From positions 1-64,000 of IMG/VR virus record IMGVR_UViG_3300036768_001501: 64,000 bases of DNA, one strand, 5' to 3'. The notes beneath the pieces were generated by a model. That model had not been told where the DNA came from and did no database searches. It saw only the letters and a program-made list of their open reading frames with translations. The DNA comes from a virus. Every line of letters starts with the position of its first letter. The first letter of the stretch is position 1. Positions 56,941 through 64,000 of this stretch are shown here, one piece after another. A program made the position numbers and the translations under genes.

Positions 56941-59900
56941 TCTCAATTGGGCTTGTCGGCCTAATGTGCGCGCTTGTTGTCAACGCGCAGCCGCGCGTAG
57001 ATGATGCCTACTCAGATAGCGAAGCACGCAGATCGATTCAGGCCTCTCCACCACTATCTTATGATTCTTCCACTGGCACAATGTCATTACCGCAAACCGT
57101 ATGGCCGCTTACTTGGGGCGGCACGAATAACGGGGCACTTACAGATAGCCCAACTGGACAGGTTCTGCGTGTAGTTGGCGGCCAGGTCGTTAATGCACCA
57201 GTTCCGCAAGCTGATATTGCGAGTGCGTTCGCCCTGTATGTTGACCCAGCCGGTACCGATGGCCCCGAGTGTGGCCCAATCAACAAACCGTGTAAAACGA
57301 TTACAGGGCCGCAGGGTGTGCATGCGCGGATTCTGGCGAATAATGACAATGGGGCTTTTACATGTTCTAACGACAATGCCAAAAGTTGCATGCGCTGTGC
57401 TGGCGGTACGAATTCAGGGGCGACATGCAACGAGCATCGCGATTGTACCGGAGGCGGTGTGTGTTCAACGCTTGTGTGCAGTGGTACGGATACACCATGC
57501 ATGAAATACTGTTCAACGAGCGATATTGGCTGCTCAATTGACAATGATTGCCCATCGAATGAAACATGTTCCCGTACTCATCCGTCGTCACCGTGTGCAG
57601 CGGCATCATGTGTCAATGGCCCCAGGAGTTGGTGCGGTGGTGGTGCATGTAATATATTCGCAACTAAGACCTATGCGATTAACTTAGCTGTAGGCCAGTA
57701 CAATGAATGGATTGGCTTTGCGTGCCAAGGAAATCAGAATATCCAATGCCACACCGATGCGGACTGCGGAGCGAACGGTCCATGTATTGATACAACAGTA
57801 AAATCTATTCCATCCCCTGGCTGGCTTACGTACATTGGGCCAGATCGGCAATCGGCGGCAATTATTTCTGGATCAAGCATTGCAACGATGTATGTTTCCA
57901 ACAGGCTTACCCTCGCGTTTCGGCGTTTGCAAATAATAAATGTCGGCAACGGAAACGCGTTATGGTTTGCTGGTGATGTGTGGGGCGCGGGCGTAACACA
58001 TAGCGGGCTAGTTCACTGGGGTGACGGATACGATGCCATTATTTCTGGCCCAGGCAATGTTACAGTAGGTTTTGACGATATTTGGACGTACGGTTTTAGC
58101 TCAAATGCTTCATTTCGCTCTATTCGCATTGAGCACGACAGCGCACTGGTATGTGCTAATAACACGCAATTTTCATGTTTGTCCGATGCTGATTGTCCGG
58201 GGTCATCGTGTGTTAAGAATAGGCGTTTTGGGTCAAGCGGCGCGATCCAATCTGTTATATCTCCACGTGCATCCGGTGGATCTGGTGACTCTATAATTGA
58301 TTTTGCATTTATTCAGGGAGGATCTAAAGTAACAGCAGATTATCAAGGGCAAGTTGAGTTTGTGTTTAATCGTTGTGCTAGTGGCTTTAACACTGGCATT
58401 GTGCGCAGCTTGATTAATGGATTCTCGTTCCCATCGCCGTACAAACATGCCGCTTTGGTAGCTATTCGTGGTCCATGCCAGTCAAACAATGCTTTCATAT
58501 CTGGAGGTATATCCCAGGTGTCAGTACGAGATACAACTTTTGCGAAGTTGCGTTCGATTCCAGATAGGTCGCCGTTGTACGATATGATTATTGGTGACAA
58601 AGTTGATATGCTCTATGCTGGCAACGTCGCGTATAATGCCTGCCGTCGGCGCTTCGAGGGCACGGGCACGATTAGATATATTGACCCGAACGCCAGGACC
58701 ACTGATCTTGGCCAGCGCTGGGGAGGCAATGCTGGCGGTTATCTTGGGGTGCTTGACTGTGACCAACCGCAGACCACAACGCTTGCTTCGCCGACAGTGA
58801 CACTCTCGCAAACTACGGGCGGTACACTTAGCAATGGGACTTACTGTTATCGCGCGACCGCTGTGAGCGAGTTCGGGGAAACTGTCGCCGGCGATGCTGC
58901 ATGTATCACGCTTAGCGGCTGCAGTTCGAATTGCGCCGTGGCAATTACGGTGAACCAGGTTCATGGTGCCACTGGGTGGAAGATTTACGGACGACCGACT
59001 ACATCCGGAGGCACGTTCGGGCTTTTGCAGACGCTCTCTAGCTGGTCGTCGAATACATGGACGGATACTGGTGGTGGCACACCTGGCGCTGCACCGCCTA
59101 GTACAGATAGCTCTGCGCAACCGAATCCTATCGATGGCGAACTGTGGATGTCCAAGGTTGGCACGCGATATATCCCACGTTACCGTTCCGGTGGCACAAC
59201 TTATTCGATTCCAATCGGGCAAACCGGTGATGGGACTAACAACGGCGGTACGGTTGGATTTTTTACGCCTGACGGAACGCAGTTCGCGTCAATTTTAGAC
59301 GTACCAGCTTTTTCCTTTACGCTATATCAAACTAATCGCGCCACTGTAGGTATTGGTATTAATGGCACCGGCCTGCTGTCATGTAGTACTTTTGATAGTA
59401 ACAGATGCTCAGTTCCCAATGCCCCAATCTCGGCGAACCATATAGCCAACAAGTCGTATGTGGATACGAGCAAGCGTACGCTCCTGCTTTCGCCGATGGC
59501 ATTCACTGCTGCTACGGCCTGCACGCAGGATGTTGTCGCACCAAGTGGGAATACCCCAGGATATAGTTATCTTTCCTGCCCTGATGCCGCCGGGTCGGAA
59601 TTCTCGGTCGTTTTTTCCATGCCAGACGGATGGTCAGGGTCAGCGCTTGCAGTAGCGCCTGTTGCGTTACATCGCGATTCCGCGAGCAACACGCTTGCGA
59701 TTGATTGGAGTTGTAAGTGTGTTTCCTCGGGGTCTGCGATTACCGCTGCCTATGGCACGACGGCTACGACGTCGCAAACGGCATCGAGTGCAGATACTGT
59801 GACGCAGGCCACGTTCACTAATATTACCTGTGCGGGTACATGTAGTGGCACGTCAACTGTGGCGTTGCGTGGAGTTGTGAATACTACCAGCAGTAGCTGG

Positions 59901-59963
59901 ACCAACGATCCGCGCATTCTCGGGGTAGAGGTGCGGTATGATCGGTCGGCGCATTCTGACTAG
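56925..59963 (+). CDS. Exported tail-fibre/tailspike-like protein (beta-helix, Cys-rich repeats, FN3-like domain, C-terminal beta-sandwich)
   Basis: AGGAG RBS and ATG 56925. Signal peptide MRHAVISIGLVGLMCALVVNA|Q. LYVDPAGTD..CG..KPCKTI beta-helix cap, CxxDxDC repeats, fibre-like motifs PLTWGGT and HIANKSYVD. Confidence 0.8.
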   Translation: MRHAVISIGLVGLMCALVVNAQPRVDDAYSDSEARRSIQASPPLSYDSSTGTMSLPQTVWPLTWGGTNNGALTDSPTGQVLRVVGGQVVNAPVPQADIASAFALYVDPAGTDGPECGPINKPCKTITGPQGVHARILANNDNGAFTCSNDNAKSCMRCAGGTNSGATCNEHRDCTGGGVCSTLVCSGTDTPCMKYCSTSDIGCSIDNDCPSNETCSRTHPSSPCAAASCVNGPRSWCGGGACNIFATKTYAINLAVGQYNEWIGFACQGNQNIQCHTDADCGANGPCIDTTVKSIPSPGWLTYIGPDRQSAAIISGSSIATMYVSNRLTLAFRRLQIINVGNGNALWFAGDVWGAGVTHSGLVHWGDGYDAIISGPGNVTVGFDDIWTYGFSSNASFRSIRIEHDSALVCANNTQFSCLSDADCPGSSCVKNRRFGSSGAIQSVISPRASGGSGDSIIDFAFIQGGSKVTADYQGQVEFVFNRCASGFNTGIVRSLINGFSFPSPYKHAALVAIRGPCQSNNAFISGGISQVSVRDTTFAKLRSIPDRSPLYDMIIGDKVDMLYAGNVAYNACRRRFEGTGTIRYIDPNARTTDLGQRWGGNAGGYLGVLDCDQPQTTTLASPTVTLSQTTGGTLSNGTYCYRATAVSEFGETVAGDAACITLSGCSSNCAVAITVNQVHGATGWKIYGRPTTSGGTFGLLQTLSSWSSNTWTDTGGGTPGAAPPSTDSSAQPNPIDGELWMSKVGTRYIPRYRSGGTTYSIPIGQTGDGTNNGGTVGFFTPDGTQFASILDVPAFSFTLYQTNRATVGIGINGTGLLSCSTFDSNRCSVPNAPISANHIANKSYVDTSKRTLLLSPMAFTAATACTQDVVAPSGNTPGYSYLSCPDAAGSEFSVVFSMPDGWSGSALAVAPVALHRDSASNTLAIDWSCKCVSSGSAITAAYGTTATTSQTASSADTVTQATFTNITCAGTCSGTSTVALRGVVNTTSSSWTNDPRILGVEVRYDRSAHSD

Positions 59964-60657
59964 TGTTGCGTGCCTGTCACTCGTGTCCAGCGAGGCACTA
60001 GCCTACACGTACTTGCAGGTCTGCAACGCCGGAAGCACAACCTTTACTACGTCCATAAGTTGTAGTGGCAATGTTCCCGGCATGGGGGCGGTCGTTGTTG
60101 CTCATTCTTCTGATAATACCTCCGGATACAGTATTACATCATCATGGGCAAGCGCCAGCCCCTTGAGTAGTACACTTGAGGTCAACAATGGCGCTAATCT
60201 TGATGGAGTTGGGCGAACATTCAGTGTGCCGTCTGCAGCAACTGGAGCAGCATGGTCAGGTTCTTTTACGGATAGTGTACGTGTCAAAAACATATGCGTT
60301 GCGCATATAGCACACACGAGGGTTTTCAATCTGACTCAAACACAAACAGCGACTGGTAGCGGCACGACTGTCTCTGTGCCTGCAGCCACTACGAGCTGCC
60401 CTTCTGGCTATACTATGGCAACGATTGTGTCTGTAATGACATACTCTGGCTCTGCGCCGACCTTATCGGGCACTGGGACGCAACTCTGCGGCATAGATAA
60501 CTTTGTCTCCTCGACGCATCGCGCCACATTCCAGCACGGGTACGATGGCAGCAATGCATTCAGTGGCACGCTGTCGGTATCTGCAACGTGGGTGGCGATA
60601 GCTTATCGTTTTTGCCCGAAACGCAACATAGCGGGGTGGATTGGGACAACTGACTGA
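59938..60657 (+). CDS. Exported Ser/Thr-rich beta protein
   Basis: Signal peptide ending EALA|Y. Resembles phage accessory beta-sandwich domains (ATWVAIA near the end). Confidence 0.75.
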   Translation: MIGRRILTSVACLSLVSSEALAYTYLQVCNAGSTTFTTSISCSGNVPGMGAVVVAHSSDNTSGYSITSSWASASPLSSTLEVNNGANLDGVGRTFSVPSAATGAAWSGSFTDSVRVKNICVAHIAHTRVFNLTQTQTATGSGTTVSVPAATTSCPSGYTMATIVSVMTYSGSAPTLSGTGTQLCGIDNFVSSTHRATFQHGYDGSNAFSGTLSVSATWVAIAYRFCPKRNIAGWIGTTD

Positions 60658-60668
60658 GGAGCAGATGA

Positions 60669-61751
60669 TTGAAGCGGGCGGTCGGGATACCGATTTGTGT
60701 CGTTGTGGCGCTAGCGATTTATGTTATTGCTACGCGCCCAAGCAAAGTTGGCGCTTATCCTCGTCCATTTTGGTTCGGTGCACCGACAAGTACGCCTACC
60801 CCTACCAATACCCCTACACATACCCCTACGGATACGCCAACGAACACCCCAACGAACACGCCCACCAGCACGCCAACGAACACCTCGACCCATACGCCCA
60901 CCTTGCCCCCCACAAGCACCCCAACCAATACTCCGACAAGCACGCCAACTTCAACACCAACGCGAACTTATACCCCGACCAGCACGCCGACTAATACGCC
61001 GACGAGTATCCCTACAGAGACACCGACTAACACGCCAACAAATACGCCAACACCTACGTCTACGCCGATTGGCGGCGGACAAGAAGTACAGTTTACCGCT
61101 ACACCGACAAGGACACCGACGAGTACAAGCACCAGTACGTCTACAGGAACTCCAACATATTCACCAACGCCTACAGCATCTCCGACATATACTTTTACGC
61201 CTACCGCTACCCCAACAGCCACGCCAACACTCGGGCCGAACGACTGCTGTGAGTGGCTTGAGTCCGGCACATGGCAGGCCTGCGCAATTCCAGTGGCCGG
61301 CATTTGTCCTACAGGGGCAACTGGCGTGTACGGTGCCAGGTGCGTTGACGGCGTATGTTCAACAACGCCAATTGGGAACTGTCCACCGACGCCAACGCGC
61401 ACACCGACACCAACGGAGACACCAATTGAGGTTGGCGGCGGATCAACGTTCGGCAATACATATCCGCGTGAGGAGATTGTTACAACGTATCGGCTGCAGA
61501 ACGGCTGCATAAATATAACAGTAAGCGGTTCGTCTACGGCTGTGTTCTACGTTCCGCCCAACGTCCCTGTTCCAAATTTGTCATCTTATGTAGTACACTG
61601 TAGTGTGTCTGGCAATCAGTATCTAAGCGTTGACGAGATTGCGATGGTAACCGACAGTTACGCAGTGGTTTGGGTTTCGAACGCATCGGCCTCGATGCAG
61701 GGAGGACAACTATGTTGTCTCTTCTACAATCAATCGCAGTTATATCCTTAA
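60669..61751 (+). CDS. Exported or membrane-anchored mucin-like protein, partial paralog of 51489..55313
   Basis: N-terminal hydrophobic signal, Thr-Pro repeats with GGGQEVQFT, Cys module [14 protein letters not shown]-terminal [15 protein letters not shown]. Confidence 0.85.
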   Translation: MKRAVGIPICVVVALAIYVIATRPSKVGAYPRPFWFGAPTSTPTPTNTPTHTPTDTPTNTPTNTPTSTPTNTSTHTPTLPPTSTPTNTPTSTPTSTPTRTYTPTSTPTNTPTSIPTETPTNTPTNTPTPTSTPIGGGQEVQFTATPTRTPTSTSTSTSTGTPTYSPTPTASPTYTFTPTATPTATPTLGPNDCCEWLESGTWQACAIPVAGICPTGATGVYGARCVDGVCSTTPIGNCPPTPTRTPTPTETPIEVGGGSTFGNTYPREEIVTTYRLQNGCINITVSGSSTAVFYVPPNVPVPNLSSYVVHCSVSGNQYLSVDEIAMVTDSYAVVWVSNASASMQGGQLCCLFYNQSQLYP

Positions 61752-62134
61752 TGCTTCTTGCCTCCTGCCGCGCTATTGAGTTCAACGATAGCAGCAGGAA
61801 CGTAGTCTACGAGAAGTTCGGTGGTTTTGTCCCCTGCCTGCTTGACCAGGATGCGGACAATCTCAGATGGTGCGAGATGGACATGATTGGTGCTGTCGGG
61901 TTTCATGTCCTGATGGACCCAAGCGGGAACTCCGTGCTCTCCGCAACTGATACTTATAAGATCGAGTACGCGCCAAATCCATCCGAAGGGCGTGCGCCAC
62001 TTTGTCTTGGCAAGCCGTTATCGTGGAAGAATCGTTATATAATTCCTGCCGGGTACGTATTCTCTATTGGCAGCAAGGTTTTTGTGCCGTGTAGCATCGG
62101 CGGTACGCAGCTATATGGGAAAATTGTGGATTAG
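61712..62134 (+). CDS. Putative lipoprotein
   Basis: GGAGG RBS and ATG 61712. Hydrophobic stretch ending in lipobox LLAS|C. Confidence 0.65.
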   Translation: MLSLLQSIAVISLMLLASCRAIEFNDSSRNVVYEKFGGFVPCLLDQDADNLRWCEMDMIGAVGFHVLMDPSGNSVLSATDTYKIEYAPNPSEGRAPLCLGKPLSWKNRYIIPAGYVFSIGSKVFVPCSIGGTQLYGKIVD

Positions 62135-62150
62135 CAATTCTTAGTGAGCC

Positions 62151-62471
62151 ATGAAAAAGGCCGCTGAGTATGTTGTTTGGCTCCTTAAGCTCGCGGCCAT
62201 GATCATTCTGCTAGTGCCTGGAATTTGCCTTGTCTATGTAGGCAAGCAACTTTGCGAAGCCGCTAGATGGCTTGGCAAGGGCAACACAAAACAGATCACC
62301 GGCAAGCATGTAACTAGAACTGTCAAAAAAATATGTACAAAATGCGCAGGATACGGTTACTACGGACAGGAAACGTGCTATAAGTGTGACGGGACCGGCG
62401 AAATCTGGACTTCAGTCAGTTGGTACGTGGTTAACGGGTACGTTGACGATGCTGAGCGCGTTGACATCTAG
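62151..62471 (+). CDS. Membrane protein with DnaJ-type zinc finger
   Basis: N-terminal transmembrane helix; CTKCAGYG..CYKCDGTG. Confidence 0.7.
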   Translation: MKKAAEYVVWLLKLAAMIILLVPGICLVYVGKQLCEAARWLGKGNTKQITGKHVTRTVKKICTKCAGYGYYGQETCYKCDGTGEIWTSVSWYVVNGYVDDAERVDI

Positions 62472-62482
62472 GTTGTGAAGCC

Positions 62483-62743
62483 ATGTTTGGTATGACAAGA
62501 ATTAGGCTTGCTGTTGGAGAGCCAAGTCAGGATAAGCGCTATCTAGTTAACGTCGTCTGGCAACATGACGACGTCATAGCGTTAAAGTCTAACAGCACAG
62601 CCTACTGTATTGATGCCGCTTCAGAATATGCCATGAAGATTATGGAGAAAAACTGCGATGTGGAGCACGGCAAGCACTACTGGCAATGGAGCATTGAGAT
62701 TAACAGTAAGCTCATTGTTCACTCATTGCCTGAGCCCTGGTAG
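62483..62743 (+). CDS. Hypothetical protein
   Basis: 86 aa, last gene of the plus-strand run. Confidence 0.6.
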   Translation: MFGMTRIRLAVGEPSQDKRYLVNVVWQHDDVIALKSNSTAYCIDAASEYAMKIMEKNCDVEHGKHYWQWSIEINSKLIVHSLPEPW

Positions 62744-62746
62744 AGC

Positions 62747-63217
62747 TCAAGAAATCTCTACCAAGCGCACGGAACCATCGTTGCTCATGATCAGCATGCA
62801 GTCGTGGTCCTCGTCGATCCACACGAGCTCCTCGGCGTCTTCTCCGACTTCGATGGGGTTGCCGAACAGCCGTGTAAGTGTCTTTAGTTTTGGGTCGAAC
62901 AGCCCGAAGCGAACCAAGCGAATAATTTCGTAGTCCAATGCCCGGCCAACGAGCGCACAGCCACGCAAGAACAAAAGCTCGAAAGCGAACTCTGCAATTA
63001 GCCCAGAATCCAGGTTCTCCAGCAGCGCAATCGTAATTTGTTTGCGTTCCATTTCGTTAATGAGCGCGCCGGCTTCGGCCTGTAGCATCGGGAACCATAC
63101 ATTATATGCGCGGTCCTGATCATCTACGGCCCATTTGCAGGCTGCGTCGGCATCTTCCATGCTTGCAAGCGCGCGACGGGCAACAATTCCTGCTAATAAT
63201 TCGTTTGGATTGTTCAT
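62747..63217 (-). CDS. Hypothetical protein
   Basis: GGAGG RBS and its own promoter candidate. Confidence 0.75.
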   Translation of the reverse strand: MNNPNELLAGIVARRALASMEDADAACKWAVDDQDRAYNVWFPMLQAEAGALINEMERKQITIALLENLDSGLIAEFAFELLFLRGCALVGRALDYEIIRLVRFGLFDPKLKTLTRLFGNPIEVGEDAEELVWIDEDHDCMLIMSNDGSVRLVEIS

Positions 63218-63245
63218 ATAGCCTCCCTACGTCATGTTGATTATG

Positions 63246-63274
63246 TTTATATAGCGCTACTAGCGCCTGGTCAA
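63246..63274 (-). promoter_or_regulatory. Sigma70-type promoter with a palindrome in the spacer
   Basis: TTGACC (63269-63274), 17 nt, TATAAA (63246-63251). The spacer contains GCGCTA-c-TAGCGC (63254-63266). Confidence 0.6.
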
Positions 63275-63365
63275 GTAGATTGCTGCTTGTGAGGGCAACT
63301 ATCTTGTAAGACGGCTAGCAGCTCACGGTAGGCTCGTTCTCTTGCCGATTGGCTATCCAGAACGG

Positions 63366-63596
63366 CTACTGCGCAGATTGCTTCGTCGTTGCAGTGGATG
63401 CACTTGATTTCTGGCTTATCTTGCTGAACCTGCATAATGTTGGCACCCCGACATCATCTTGGTCGCATACGGAAAAGAACTTCGCATGCTCATTACATAC
63501 ATAAAAGATGGTGTATCCGGCAAAGTTCTTGATTCTCTTCTTGGCGAGCCTGCTGCACTGGACTACGACAAGTTCACCATCGGCATGACGAGGCAT
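63366..63596 (-). CDS. Small Cys-containing hypothetical protein
   Basis: 76 aa, overlapping the end of the upstream clamp-like gene. Confidence 0.4.
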   Translation of the reverse strand: MPRHADGELVVVQCSRLAKKRIKNFAGYTIFYVCNEHAKFFSVCDQDDVGVPTLCRFSKISQKSSASTATTKQSAQ

Positions 63597-64000
63597 GTCT
63601 CGTTGGGGCTAAGCTTGAATACAATCGGCGCGAAGCCGATTTTCTCTGGATTAAAACAAATCTGGCAATTTTCGACAGCCGAGCTAGCAGCCCACGCAAA
63701 GTAAACTGCATTGACGAGAAAGCGCACGTCGGTGCTGTTATCATTGTTTACCGACACATCAAGGTGCTCGGTTGAATCCCCTAGATATGACGACTTACTT
63801 TCCAGAATCATGGCACTGTCCTTGATAGATACAGCAATCTGCTTGATTTTCTCGATACTCGCCGTCTCAGCTAACAATGAAACCCGCTGGATTGCATTGG
63901 ATAGCGCCTTTGCTGGCACGCTAATGCTATGCGTTGAGCCGGCGATGATTGCGTCAATCCCTAGCTCTGGCTTATGAAACACTGAGTTCGGGCATTGTAC
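63563..64000 (-). CDS. C-terminal part of a DNA polymerase III beta clamp-like protein (runs off window)
   Basis: ALSNAIQRVSLLA, MILES, FLVNAVYF and CLVMPM match the clamp third domain. The frame is open to position 64000. Confidence 0.8.
   Translation of the reverse strand, partial: VQCPNSVFHKPELGIDAIIAGSTHSISVPAKALSNAIQRVSLLAETASIEKIKQIAVSIKDSAMILESKSSYLGDSTEHLDVSVNNDNSTDVRFLVNAVYFAWAASSAVENCQICFNPEKIGFAPIVFKLSPNETCLVMPMVNLS

Noticed and set aside
49269-62134. Diversity-generating retroelement acting on the adhesin genes
   Set aside because: No reverse transcriptase ORF, and no template/variable repeat pair differing only at adenines was seen in this window.
1-64000. Integrase, repressor, tRNA or rRNA genes, and host chromosomal flanks
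   Set aside because: None recognised by eye. recA, sbcCD and the clamp-like genes are embedded among phage genes rather than in host operons. Lifestyle cannot be determined from this window.
1-64000. Stop-codon reassignment
   Set aside because: Long genes are intact under code 11, and TAA, TAG and TGA all terminate well-supported genes.

Overview
The window is a 64 kb segment of a tailed dsDNA phage genome with siphovirus-type morphogenesis genes and the standard genetic code; genes run off both ends. From 1 to about 13 kb is a mostly minus-strand replication and recombination module: RecA, divergent beta-clamp-like proteins, a gp32-like SSB, a DnaB-like helicase, a TOPRIM primase, a small PolA-like protein and a Prim-Pol/HTH protein. 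A non-coding, repeat-rich candidate origin follows at about 12.95-13.4 kb. From 13.4 to 49 kb on the plus strand are SbcD, terminase, portal, protease, HK97-type capsid, neck genes interrupted by SbcC, tail tube, a frameshifted tail chaperone, a 3907-aa tape measure protein, tail-tip proteins and a lysis cassette. The most striking part is 47.7-62.1 kb, where about 11 genes predicted to be exported (Sec or lipoprotein signal peptides) sit where tail-fibre genes normally lie. They are Cys-rich and carry tail-fibre, LamG and beta-helix motifs, mucin-like Thr-Pro stalks punctuated by a repeated GGGQE(V/I)QFT motif, and shared terminal domains. No signal-less fibre gene is visible, which suggests an exported, disulfide-bonded adhesin or receptor-binding system. 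Motif style hints at a Candidatus Binatia (Binatota)-like host; this is inference. All family assignments come from motif recognition by eye, and no database searches were run.
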